DNA of 49,546 nucleotides, filler included, from Catajapyx aquilonaris (Eukaryota): NCBI GenBank assembly GCA_000934665.2. It is 3 parts of 3 records of this genome, joined end to end, with 100 filler letters (N's around TTAATTAATTAA, not from the genome) between each part and the next. Parts side by side here need not be neighbours in the genome. Positions count along the whole stretch, not along the records: positions 1 to 16,487 come from JYFJ02007184.1; positions 16,588 to 32,973 come from JYFJ02007185.1; 1 more part is not named here. One strand, 5' to 3'. Shown piece by piece: positions 13,627 to 25,326 of this stretch (position 1 is its first letter; each line of letters starts with the position of its first letter). The notes under the pieces were generated by a model. It saw only the letters and a program-made list of their open reading frames with translations, ran no database searches and was not told where the DNA came from. The position numbers and the translations under genes were made by a program.

Positions 13627-14291
13627 TGAGCCATATATTTAGTCGTGACAGTCAGAATAAACTAACTCGTGTCTATACAACGGAATAAAATTAAAACTGT
13701 GGTCCATTGCAGACATTTTGTCGTGAGCCTGCGTAGGCGTTTCAATGTATGACTGAAATGTTACCGGTTCAATGCAAAAGTGTTGTGCAGGGCGAAGAAA
13801 CCTATAGCGTGCCAGAAGATAATGATTATTCAAACAAACGTTACTTTGGGAGTTATGGGGGTAATTATACGGCACACCAATGTATCGCTATATGCATGCA
13901 ATGCACAGATGCCATTTTAGCTAACTCAGCCATTCAATTCAAAATCCGAGCAGATGCAGCACTATCAATCACACATTTGTCCAAATTGAGTTGGTCAATA
14001 TGTGAGAGTTACTCTGGAGTTACTGGTGTGGGGGATTTATGACGATACGATTATTACCCGGCTTACATGTCCTGATGTAGTCTTCAAACTCGTAATCATT
14101 CTTTGACTCTGCAATAACTCGGGAATTAATTTGTTGCGAATCAAGACGCATTATGTGGGCGGCCCTTTTCCCAAGTTTGCGAATGAAGTTTCGTTATCAC
14201 GAGTCATATTTATTTGAATTTATTACACAACATACAGCAGCCGCAGGAAGACCGGTAGCTGCAGGCCACGGGTCACTTTCCCTTATAAATA

Positions 14292-16487
14292 TTATTTGGG
14301 AGGATTAAACTCGTGGAATCCGTCCAGGTCATCTTCGGTCAGGGTCATGTTCCCGCAGACGCTGGAACGGACGTACTGGCCTCGTCCCTCGATGGTGAAG
14401 AAGACCTTGTCCCCGTACTTGGACCAGTGTTTAACGATAAGGAAGGTCTGTAGGTGAAGCACCCAGGTGGTGAAGGGGCTCAGCACGAAGTCTCCTTCCC
14501 TGGTGTTCCAGTAGATCCCGTTGGCGAAGAGTGGATCCCGCTCCGAGTCCATCTCGAAGCTGTGCTCGACCATCATGCTCTCCCTGCTGGACACGTAGTA
14601 CTTTCCGCCGCACCTGTAGTACGAGTTGCCAAGGTGGTACATCCTGGCAGCCACCTGCGAGTTGGTGAACATAGACCTCACTTCCGACTGGACGGAGGAG
14701 TCGTTCGAGTACACCCTGAGCTCTATCCGGTCGAACTTGACCGAGTGGTCATCGTGGTAGCCACCAAACCAGACCTTGGCCGACTCCTTCACGCAGGAGT
14801 GCATCAAAACCTTGCTTCCGACCATCAACTTCCTCATCTCGCTCTTCGGGCTATCAAACATGTAGAACGCGTAGTCTTTCCGCATATTGGGATTCTCGAG
14901 AGGGGTTACTTTCCGGTAAGTGGCCTCGCCGTTGTCCAGGGTCTCCTTCGCCTCGCCTTTCCTGGACTGCAGCAGCCTGATCCTGCTGGCCACGTCGTCC
15001 ACCAGAGAGTCGATGTCAGTCACGTCAGACGGGTACTTGAAAGCATCCGAGTGGTGACGGGCGAAAGGAAACACGTACTGTTTGAACGCCTTCACGGCCT
15101 CTGTCAAGTGACCCAGGGCCATGCCCGACCTGATTGCAAAGTCAGAAATGGCGAGCGTCTCGTTCATGTACACTTGGATGTGGTCGGAGTAAAACGCTTC
15201 GGCCAGGTAGTCGGCCAGGCGTTTGCTGCTGTGGTAGTTCTGCAGCCTCTCGAAGATGTTCATCGTGGTGAATATGGGGTCGGTCATGGTCACTTTCGTG
15301 TCACGGCGTTTGCATAGATCCGTCGCCGGCATCATGCCTCGTAACACGCCCGGCACGTCCCACTCGGACAGGTCGATGTCAAACGTGTACGTGCTATTCA
15401 GCTGCGTCTCCCAGGACGACGAGTCATTTTGGATTCGCTTCATCAGGGAGATGACTCCTGCCAACCGATTCTTGTTTTGGGCGAGGAGGTCCTTGTCTGC
15501 CAGCACTTCCGCGACTATGCTCGAGATGTTCGCAACTCCTTTAAGGGCACTGCTGGAGGCCTCAGACGGGTGGTCCAGCAGTGACAGCGATTCTGCCACT
15601 GACGTCGTCTCAGAAATGACCTTCAGCAGCTCTGTGGCAAGGTCCGCCAGCCAGCGCATCAATCTGGGAATGAATTCGCACTTCTCTGGAGCAGCCTCAT
15701 CATAGTTATCGAAAAAAAACCTGAGGTCCTCCACTTTCCCTAGGACGGCTCTCTTTGAAAGGGCCGTTCGTTCCTCGATCTGTTTCAAAACGATGTCATC
15801 GGAGTAGTACTCCCCCAGCTGAAGGACGTGGCGCACCTTGTTCTGCAGGTAGTCCTTGAGCACCGTCAAGTATTTTTCTGGAAACACAGTCAGGCCCCTC
15901 AGGAAGGACAACGTGGCGCCGTACATGTAGGTCAGGGGTTTCCTCTTCTCCGGGCAGTCCTCTCCCTCGTTCTTCATCTTGTCCGCGTATTCCAGGATTT
16001 TCTTCAGCGCCTTCTTTAAGTACGGCACCAGCTCAGTCTTCTTCTTTCGCTCATGCTTGAACACCTTGTCCACTATGACGCCTATTTCGACAGTCATACC
16101 CCGCCCCGCTCCGGAGTCTGTTCTGACGAGGGGGATGATCTCCAGCGTGTCCGGAAAGGTGTCACAAGTGGTCCACTTCTTCGGGCGCGTCTCCCGAAAC
16201 GCCTCGTAGTAGTCCTCTATGACCCGATGCAGTGGTGGGACAGAGGCCTTCGCGACCTCTGGGCTGTCCCCCATCCGCCCGGAGTTGGGGAGCCCGGCCT
16301 GGCCCGACCCGCCCTGACCCTTTGACCCCAGGTACTTGAACTTCCACCTGACCGTGTCGGCGGCCCCTCCTGGAAACACGTCGCTGAGGCCGACGTCGAT
16401 CCTCCGGTGCCTCTCCCCCGCCACCTCCTGCCCGTCCTGACCTCCGACCCCGCCCTTGCCCCCTTCCCCAGCCCCACCGTCCTTTCC
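14292..16487 (-). CDS. Intronless >730-aa protein of unknown function, 5'-truncated by the gap; Gly-rich N-terminus, helical middle, beta-rich C-terminus ending in LSPFTTW motif region
   Basis: The 710-codon ORF stays open for 21 more codons to the gap (GKDGGAGEGGKGGVGGQDGQE). Codon usage is visibly GC-rich relative to the flanks. An AATAAA lies ~80 nt downstream on the minus strand (~14209-14214). Confidence 0.85.
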   Translation of the reverse strand, partial: GKDGGAGEGGKGGVGGQDGQEVAGERHRRIDVGLSDVFPGGAADTVRWKFKYLGSKGQGGSGQAGLPNSGRMGDSPEVAKASVPPLHRVIEDYYEAFRETRPKKWTTCDTFPDTLEIIPLVRTDSGAGRGMTVEIGVIVDKVFKHERKKKTELVPYLKKALKKILEYADKMKNEGEDCPEKRKPLTYMYGATLSFLRGLTVFPEKYLTVLKDYLQNKVRHVLQLGEYYSDDIVLKQIEERTALSKRAVLGKVEDLRFFFDNYDEAAPEKCEFIPRLMRWLADLATELLKVISETTSVAESLSLLDHPSEASSSALKGVANISSIVAEVLADKDLLAQNKNRLAGVISLMKRIQNDSSSWETQLNSTYTFDIDLSEWDVPGVLRGMMPATDLCKRRDTKVTMTDPIFTTMNIFERLQNYHSSKRLADYLAEAFYSDHIQVYMNETLAISDFAIRSGMALGHLTEAVKAFKQYVFPFARHHSDAFKYPSDVTDIDSLVDDVASRIRLLQSRKGEAKETLDNGEATYRKVTPLENPNMRKDYAFYMFDSPKSEMRKLMVGSKVLMHSCVKESAKVWFGGYHDDHSVKFDRIELRVYSNDSSVQSEVRSMFTNSQVAARMYHLGNSYYRCGGKYYVSSRESMMVEHSFEMDSERDPLFANGIYWNTREGDFVLSPFTTWVLHLQTFLIVKHWSKYGDKVFFTIEGRGQYVRSSVCGNMTLTEDDLDGFHEFNPPK

Positions 16488-16587
16488 NNNNNNNNNNNNN
16501 NNNNNNNNNNNNNNNNNNNNNNNNNNNNNNNTTAATTAATTAANNNNNNNNNNNNNNNNNNNNNNNNNNNNNNNNNNNNNNNNNNNN
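16488..16587. other. Assembly gap (100 nt) with artificial TTAATTAATTAA linker
   Basis: N run with a central 12-mer that gives stops in all six frames. Confidence 0.95.
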
Positions 16588-19500
16588 GGCCGGGACTGGG
16601 GTCTGCCTTCATATGAAGAGGCTCTCAAATTATATGGGCTCGTGTCTAATTTGGAACGAAAGAAGCTGGACCCAAACAAGATGGCCAATATTAATAAATG
16701 GGTGAAAGACTCTGCAGTCTCTCCACAGGTAAGTGAGAATCACACTCCTTGTTGTTGTTGTTGAGCATCATTATGAGTACTTGCCCCCATATTCTTTGTT
16801 GCCTTGCAGCTTTTACAGGAAGCAGATGACCTTTACAAAGGCAAACCTGTTGACCTGTTGGTGGGTGGTCTCCTGGAGGGCAGGAAAGGGTATCCTGGAC
16901 CACTGTTTGAAGAAATGGCGAGAAAGCAGTTCCTGTCCATACGTGATGGAGACTTCTTCTGGTTTGAAAATGTTGCCAACAAGTGAGAAACTAACTGCTA
17001 ATAATTTTCATTAGCATTTAAGGTTGGTGTTGATTTTGCCTTGTGCTTATCTTCATGCCAGCATAACTCATGGAAAATATCAGTGTGGCTCGCATTTCAA
17101 GTTTTTGGCAACTTCTGTGGTATTGAAAACAAGTTTCGCTTTTTTCAAACTGGTGACGTTCCCAAATGAAATCGCTATTTAAGGCTCAAATGTTTGCTCA
17201 ATAAAATCATATTTTACTTTACAGACGGTTCAGCAAAGAAGAAATTGCCCGCATCCGCAGCGTTTCTCTTGGTGATCTCATTCGCTTTTCTTTTGACCTC
17301 GAGGCAACAGATATTCAGGAACGTGTTTTCTTCCTTCCCCCTGCATCAGGTATGTGGAGTTGAGTTTTACTAGATGCTCATGTTTTATGCTGTATTTATT
17401 TACACCCCTACTCTATATCCACAAGGACGGCCCTGTAAGGAAAAATTCCAAAGTAGTGTGACATGCCATCGACCTAGGGCCTCTTGTAAGGAGGGCTTGA
17501 TAAAGAAAGACGAAGATTTGCCGTACACTTGTTATCATGAAAGGGACACTTCCAATGACCCTGACAAAATGGAAGAATGCACACCTCTGCAGACGATGTC
17601 GTACTTTGACGGCAGCGGAGTTGGTGTTGCCTTGAATTGTGTGCTGTATTTCATTGTCCTGGTGGCCCTGTGGGGACTGCTCAAGTTCCAGATCGCATCG
17701 TCCGAGCAGGAGTGGGAGGTGAGGGTTCCAGAACTGCTGGGACTGGTCAGCCTGTCCAGTGTCTACGGGACAGACATGCCTACCTTTGCAGCCATGGAGT
17801 ATCAGGGAAGGGAAGGGGGCTCCAGATCTGTTGTTATCCTCTTCAACGGAAAGGAGAAGACCATCGAGGTGTGGGGACCTCTGGGAGGGGAGATCCGGAC
17901 ACTCAAGCTTTCCCTCTTCACTAAAGTCAACATCCTCCTGGGGGATGATGGCCAGCTGCTCATCATCAAGGTATGACAGTACTGAGCAAATGTGGGAACA
18001 GCAGGCGATATTTCAACAATTGAAGGGTCGCCCCGAATAATGGTTGTAAGCGATTATTGTAACCCATGTCACTTACAACATTATTCGGGGCGACCTTTCA
18101 ATTTTTAAACATTTTTTCAAGGCATGACCTCATCATGTCATTGGCTCTAAATTAATTGTGACATAGTGTCCACTTCCTGTCAGGTGCCCCACGAGTATGA
18201 CATGGTGCTGGAGTTTTTGACGCCTTCCCAACGAGTCGTTCTGATGTCGGTCTTGGCTGACATTCTGGATATGAATAACATAGGATATCTCTGCCAAAAT
18301 TTAAGTTATAGAGATGCTATGGCACAGGCAATCACCTATGAGTACCGACAAGACGTCTTGAAGCGTTGCTTCAAATTCATAATTCTTCAGGCACAAAGGG
18401 TGTACAAATCTGCAGCGACATTGCTCACCCCAAATGAAATGCACAGTCGTTACATTGAAGTGGCCCATGTGCAGCTTAATGAGGTCGAATTTGCAGAGGC
18501 CCTCGGGATGAGCCCCAAGTCTGTCTTCGTTCAAAAGGTTCGGTGTTTTATAGCCTGTAAAGATGAGCCCATAAAAGAGAAGCTTTAATGAATGCCTTTC
18601 TTGCAGTTGTTTAATTTGGTGGACCGCAACAAAGATGGCTATGCAAACATACATGAATTCCTGAACTTCTTCCTCATCTTCAGCAGAGGTATGATGTGCA
18701 GGTTCACATTCACCACTGATTCACAGCACAGGTTCAATGGGATATTTTCCCAAATACACAGGAGCAGCAGTCACGAGTCATTTTAAACGTTTGCAGCTAA
18801 TGCAAAACATCGCCATTTTCATTTAGTCTAAGTTTTTAATTGCCTCATCTGAGGTGGCCATTGACACCATGGTTAAAGTATAGCCTTTCTTTTCTACTAG
18901 GTACTGCCAAAAGGAAGGTGAACATGTTGTTTGAGATGCATGAGACCCGTGACACCCGTGGGAAACTGGGCTTTGAAGAGTTCAAGCAGATCTTAATGTG
19001 AGTGCTCAAAGTTGCTGACGTTACAAGTAGAAAAGTTCTCTTCTTTTTATTTTTTTGTGGCCTTGCAGAAACTTGGCTGACATATCAAATGCCAATGTCA
19101 ATCGCAAGAACTTGTCTGAAGCAGTAGATGAGTTGATGAAGAAAGCTGGGATATTTGAACAGACAGAGTTCAGGCCAGTCGATCTGGAGAACGTTCTGCA
19201 GAGCAACAAGGAGCTTCTTGGATACGCCCACCTGGACCTGTATGGGCCAAACATCCCAGAATCAGGAGGATCCGTGGCCATGGCCATGGAGAACAAGACG
19301 CAGAGCTCCTTCGATGCAGCCATGCGGGAAGCCCATGGCCTCCACAAGTTGTTGCCTCTTCTGCCCCTTTTAAATTTCTTAATCAGTGTCAGAAATGTTA
19401 TGGTGGCTTGCATGTGTTCCTTCTAGTTGGAATTTCGAAGAGGAGGAAAAACCTCAAGTGCGTAGGAGAGCTAGACAGGGAGACTGTGTGGTCCTCTTGA

Positions 19501-22500
19501 TGGATAAAGTGAAGAAATCTCTCACGGGCGACTGGCTCATTATCATCGAACGACAGTGGGAGAATCTCTTGTGTGTTATGATTGTGCTCTTCTTCTCTGG
19601 AATCATACTGCTGTATGCCGCATGTAAGTAATTAGCGAGTAACCATGTGTTGCCCCTAGTGTTGGGGTGGTATATAAGTAAGTTTATGCAAGAATGAAAA
19701 ATGACATATACAATTCATATACTTTATCCATATACTCGATATGCTCGATAAGAACTGGCACTGTTGAAAACAATTAGCCAAAGTATATGGCATTGCCTCA
19801 TCTGAGGTGGCCAACCACGCTTAGAATTTATGGCCAGTGGACATGTAAACTGAAAGGTGCAATACAACGATATGATGGGCGGCGGGAGATCGATGCGTAT
19901 GGACATTTCGATGTAAAAGGAGCACAGAGGGGAACAATGAGAGGGGTTGTGGAAGTTAAGCTCACTTTCAGAAACTGAACCATACGCCATTAAATTCGTG
20001 CCTTGAATTCCTCGCAAAAAGCAACCCCTGGTACGCCAGTTTGAGGTTGTTGTATGTGCTTTCACCTAGTTTCTCTAGCGAACAAACTTCTGAAAATATA
20101 GATAGACACATCTATTATACAGCATAACATGCGAAAAAAATTGAAAATTGCAGGGGTCGAAATATTCGGATGCAAAGATGCAATTTGCACACCCAAATTG
20201 TCGACTCCTTGGACTGCAAAGTTTGCGTTCCAATTGGATATGCTTTTAAGCATGGATATACCCAGTAATTAAAAATTAAGCACTGTAAGTCAGCGATTTG
20301 CACTCCAGCCCTCAATCTGGAGTGCAAACTTTGCATCTGGACAAAAAATTTTAAAATTCTACCCCTGATATTGTGTACTCTTTTGCATATGGGACTTGAG
20401 GTATTGAAACTGCAGTATGGGAATAATCACAATTCAAGTGTAACTCCCTTGGAAGTGGATTCAGTGAAACATGCAAAGTTTCATATGAGAGTCAGACGTG
20501 CAAAATTCATTGAGATGTTTTCGGACTCTCATTTCCAGCCTATTTTTTTGTCACGTATAATCTGCACCAATATAATCAGGAGTACAGTGCGTCTACTTGT
20601 CATGGCATGCTCTTTATACCTTTTTTGTATTCATCACCCCTTTTCATTTTTTTCAGCGGTTGCTTCAGCTCCAGCCCATGAGCTCCAGTCTCGGGTGTTT
20701 GGTCCATCCTGGACGTTATCCGTGCTGACTGGAAGTGCTGCCTTGTACCTCCTCTGCTTCCTTCCTCTGACCAACTGCCGGAACCTGCACACCCACCTGC
20801 AAAGGACGTTTCTTGCCTGTGTCATACCCTTTGACTCCATGATTTTCATTCATAAAGTCATTGCTTGGATGGCGTTCCTCTTCATCTGTAGGTATATGTC
20901 AGCAGTATTTTCAGGGGACATGCATTCCACCTGATTTGTGTCTCTTTTTTTTAAATTGCAGTGCATCATGTGGTATGTAGTGTGGTTACTTTTGGCATCA
21001 TGGCAGGAACTGACCCGGAGGAAGTAGACTGCATGACTTGGGTGCACCTAGAGTGAGTGTTTAGATATGTAGAAGGTAGAACCCCGATTATCCAACCTCT
21101 GAGTATTATCCGACGGTCTCGCTCCGGAAATAGATCTATGATTTCTCATGATATACCGGTACTGTCATGTTTTATGCAATTGTTTGTTTTGACGGTGTCC
21201 GACAGGTCGCGCACTGTCTTGAATTGCAGGAAAATATGTCAGGCTTTGCAGGGTTCAATTATAGAGATGGGCTAATACACGTGTGCAATTTAAACAGTTT
21301 CACTCTTTTCTTTCAACGCAAAGGTACGAACTTTATGGAAGCCTCTCCAGTAGTTCTAGTATGAGAGCCACTACTCTTGCCATAATTCCGATTTATGCCA
21401 TGTTTTGTTTTGTTTTCAGGACGCATTTGTGGGTTGGCTTTGACTACCTCATGTGGCACACCACAGTTGGTTTGACCGGCAACGCCATGGTCATGATAAT
21501 ACTGGTCATGTACTTCTTCTCACTCCGAACCTGTCGCCGGAAAGCCTTCCGCTGGTTCTGGGGCACACACAAAGCCTATCACGTCTTGTACCCTCTGATG
21601 GCCTTGCACATCGTGGGAGACTCTATGAAGGTGAGCGCTGCCTCTAATGGAGTGTGTACTTCATGAGGGACACTGTCCCAATCACCTGCTGTTGGTCCCG
21701 TAAGTCTCAGGCAGATTGTTTTTAAAGGTCGTACAGCGTTTGACCAAGCCCAACAGGTTGGAATTTGCCAAATGTTCTGATACGTGTGAAATCAAGGCAC
21801 TTGTTGCTGTCGTTTAAATCAACAAAACCTATTATGTTGATATCAAGCCTGTACTTAAGGCCCTTCCCTTCTTAGGTCCCTGACCACTCCTTGCTCCTGA
21901 TGACTCCTCTGTGCATCTTCTACTTGGATCACTTTGGTGCCCTCAGTCGCCAGAAGAGGCCCATTGAAGTCATTGACTTTGAGCTGCTACCTTCCAGTAA
22001 TATACTCTCTTACCTTTTCCGTAATAAATTATTAAGGTTGGATCATTGGCATATACAGAGCAAGTGATTGATCCTTGCCATTCATTGTTGGGGGCAATAT
22101 TGTAAGCAATTAATGGGGAATGTTGTGGTCAAGTAGTAGTCTAGTGTAATCTAGTAGTAATCCAGGTGGACTGGTAATCTGGCCACTAAGCACCTGTAAT
22201 CAAAACTGGGTCCTAATGCACAGCTGACTCTCAGACATGATCAAGCTCGTTGTTCTTCGCCCTGTGAACTTTGACTTCAAGTCTGGCCAGTGGGTGAGGG
22301 TGGCCAGCAGCGGACTGAATGCAGAGGAGTTCCACCCCTTGACCATCGCCTCTTCTCCACGTCAGAGCGTCATGAACTTCTACATCCAGGTGCTTGGGCC
22401 CTGGACATACAACATGAGGCACCTGTACCAAACCAGGAAGACCAGGAGGAAGAAGTACCCCAAGGTGAACTATACAGCTTCTTGTGACTTCAACCTTCCT

Positions 22501-23576
22501 CTAATCTTCCTTCCTTCCTTCCGCACAGATCTATTTGGAGGGACCCTATGGATCAATGGCACAGACGTGGAGGGACTACGAGGTCTCTGTCATCATTGCG
22601 GTAGGGGAAGGGGTGCTGACCTTCATATCAGTCCTGGATGATGTGGTGTATCACGGAAACAAGAGCATCCCAATTCCCTGCCGGAAGGTGAGTGGTTGCC
22701 ACATTTGGACCAAGTTCACGCCATTCGACTGTAGTTTGTGACATGTTAACAAACTAGTTTAAACGGAATTAGTTATAATTTTTTCATAAAATGAAAAATG
22801 GAGAAATTGGACTTGCCAGATCATTTGATTTTTACAATGGCTTCCTCATTACTGGTTTGTATGAAATTGAACAAGTATTCTTATAAATTTTCCTGAAGGT
22901 TTATTTCATATGGTGCACCAGCTCCCAGAAGCATTACGAGTGGATGATTGAATACCTTCAATATCTAGAGAGAACAGATGCTACTCAAATACTGTCCATG
23001 CACATCTGCATCACTGAAGCCACAGACAAGTACGACCTGAGGACCATCATGCTGTACCTGTGCGAGGAGCACTTCCACAAGGTTCGACACAGGTCCCTCT
23101 TCACTGGTCTCACCACGCAGACGCACTTTGGGGAGCCAGCCTACAGGACCTTCTTCACCTCCGTCAGGGCAATCTACTCACATGTGAGCACTGCTTATTA
23201 TTTTTTTCTGTGGTTATTAAAATCAAGAGTTGTGCACAGCCCAGATTTGCAGTATACATGAGAGGAAGGGAGGAGGATTGTTCGGTCCAGCCTCCAGTCT
23301 AAAAAGGAAGCAACCATCATGACCAGTTCCAATTGGTGTCTCCCCTTCTTGGTTGCTGGCACAAACAATCTTTGAACTTAGTCTTCATGACCTGACCCTG
23401 TCCTGGATTGAGTGTACTTGTACAGCGCACCACACTGCACTTGCAGAACCTTTAGTTGCAAAATGGGGAAATCTTGATATTGTCCACCTTTCTCTCACGT
23501 ACAGCATGTTTTGCAACAAAGCTCTCTCCGAATTGTATATTGACCTTGGGTAGTATAGTTGCATGTAATCAGATAC

Positions 23577-23650
<74 letters not shown>

Positions 23651-23783
23651 GCTGAATTTGCAGGTGAAGAACTTTGGTGTGTACTGTGCAGGGAGCCAGA
23701 AAAGCAAGAAAGAGCTGCACGATGTGATTGCCAGGGTGAACCAGACCAAAGGCGGTTACTTCGATCTGATCATGGTGAAGTGA
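16588..23783 (+). CDS. Duox: Dual oxidase-like gene, 3' part (end of peroxidase domain, TM, EF-hands, ferric-reductase TMs, FAD and NADPH domains); 17 exons
   Basis: GT-AG exons that join in phase with no stop: 16588-16728, 16810-16982, 17225-17349, 17426-17970, 18184-18537, 18607-18688, 18901-18997, 19069-19347, 19427-19623, 20657-20887, 20962-21052, 21420-21630, 21876-21996, 22235-22464, 22529-22687, 22899-23183, 23664-23783. Duox motifs: GRDWGLP, IRDGDFFWFEN, VPHEYDMVL, DRNKDGYANIHE, CRNL..IPFD..HK, SGQWVR, HPLT, GPWT, EGPYG, DLRTIMLYLCE, THFG. ATTAAA near 23999. Confidence 0.93.
18017..18103. repeat. Short imperfect inverted repeat (mini-MITE-like) in a Duox intron
   Basis: aattgaagggtcgccccgaataatggttgtaag pairs with cttacaacattattcggggcgacctttcaatt. 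Confidence 0.75.
20151..20367. mobile_element. Possible degenerate MITE with CAGGGGT...ACCCCTG ends
   Basis: Short TIR caggggtcgaa/ttctacccctg and repeated internal tgcaaa/tttgca motifs; no clear TSD. Confidence 0.4.
23578..23650 (+). repeat. (TAT)n microsatellite next to the last Duox splice acceptor
   Basis: Read directly; ends 13 nt before exon start 23664. Confidence 0.95.
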
Positions 23784-25326
23784 AAGCATCATAGTTATTC
23801 TTGCGACGAGTGGGGAGGAAGATGAGCAGAAGGAACCAAGACACTACTCTCAAGAGGTTGGGTTCCTGGAATATGTCATCCTAACCATTCGCAGTACCAG
23901 TTTGTTCGATTTGCATGGTGTAGTTTGCTGTACAGTTAGTCCGTTAAAAAGACGAATTTTCAGTGTTGTTTGCCTGCATGTTACTTGTTTATTCTGCCAT
24001 TAAAGCGTGGTTAAACTGTGATGTGATATAGGTATGTACGATTGATGTCATGGAAGACATGAATTTGAATACGTGCCGAATTATCTGGTCAATGGTCTGG
24101 TTTGAATCAGATTTGAACCAAATTGAATGGGCCGATCTAGGAAATTAGTGTTGCACTGTGTACATATTAATTTTAATAATATTTAATCGATGGCATTTAC
24201 GGATAGCGCATGGTCTTTTTGCATGCTAGGCATGCTGGGAGGTATGGCCACAGATACTGCGTGTGCAAGTGTGGTACAGTACTAATAACAGAAGACACCA
24301 ACATAATTATGATGAGGAACTGCCGAAGTTTCACCCTTTTCACCCCCACGCAAGCTGAATTGATAGAATTACTTATGAATTATATGAATTATGCTCAAAA
24401 ATCGCTTTTCATCATGGAAGAGCATTGCAATTAATTTGAATATGGAAATATGCCAATCATCCATCATTATGCCAGATTTTACGGAGGAAATGCAAAATTG
24501 CATGTGATTTTCAAGAATAATGATGACATAATCAGCTTTGTTGGGCGGCCTCCACCTGACGCGGACGTTGTGAACATCATTGCTCCGTAAATATGGCAAG
24601 TCATTTACACCTTCAACTCAAGATCCTTTTACTACACCTGTCGTGTTTCCTGAAGTGTAATGACGACAATGAAGTCCTGTAATTTGCAGGCAACTCAATA
24701 ATTAGTTGCTGTATTTTGGTTTTTAGCAGACAGGAAAGGTGCCTTGACTTTGGTATCATGTGTGCTTGTCCATGGTGAGGCTGCAACATGGTTCTTGATA
24801 TTATTCCGAATATTCGTACCCAATAATTTAATTGGCATCTTGGGTATCCATCACTTACGGTAAAATCTATGATTTAAGAAATGTACTCGGTGTATACAGT
24901 ACTATATGTTTGGCCTATAAAGGAAGGTTGAAGGTCCTGATAGTGGGCATGGCGAGTTGATAGCATTAGGCTCGTCAGGTCTTCCTGTATTGCATTGTCT
25001 ATGAATTTGATCAATACTTATACATCGTTACATACGATCCCATCTTGTTGTGAATGGGCACAGTACTCCCATTATATGCCTGCTATTTTGACAATTTCAT
25101 TGACCTGTGCAAACCAGCTATTGCCTGCTATGCCATTTTGCCCATTTATTATTTATTATTCAATTAATTAATAGTTCAATTAACCTTGTTTGCATTGTTG
25201 CAGGGGGCATCGATGCATGGTTGCCGTGTGGTGTGGCATCCCTGCTTTGACCAAACAAGCATTTGAATTTGGGTGGGAACAGTTGTTAGGCTAGTTCAGT
25301 TGGAGAGAATTGTTCTGAGAGAGAGG

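Noticed and set aside
14454..15705. Long plus-strand ORFs (287 aa, 149 aa) overlapping the 710-aa ORF
   Set aside because: Antisense shadows expected from GC-rich codon bias; no motifs.
16532..16543. TTAATTAATTAA palindrome inside the N run (also in 32974-33073)
   Set aside because: Identical in both gaps and centred in 100-nt spacers; a scaffolding linker, not biology.
19790..20050. Intronic peptide scraps (GQWTCKLKGAI; CLEFLAKSNPWY) faintly like Helitron N-terminal regions
   Set aside because: Short, in different frames, and within chance expectation.
24914..24925. TATAAAAG ~400 nt upstream of the Duox ATG as core promoter
   Set aside because: Plausible, but such motifs are common in AT-rich DNA and no TSS evidence is available.
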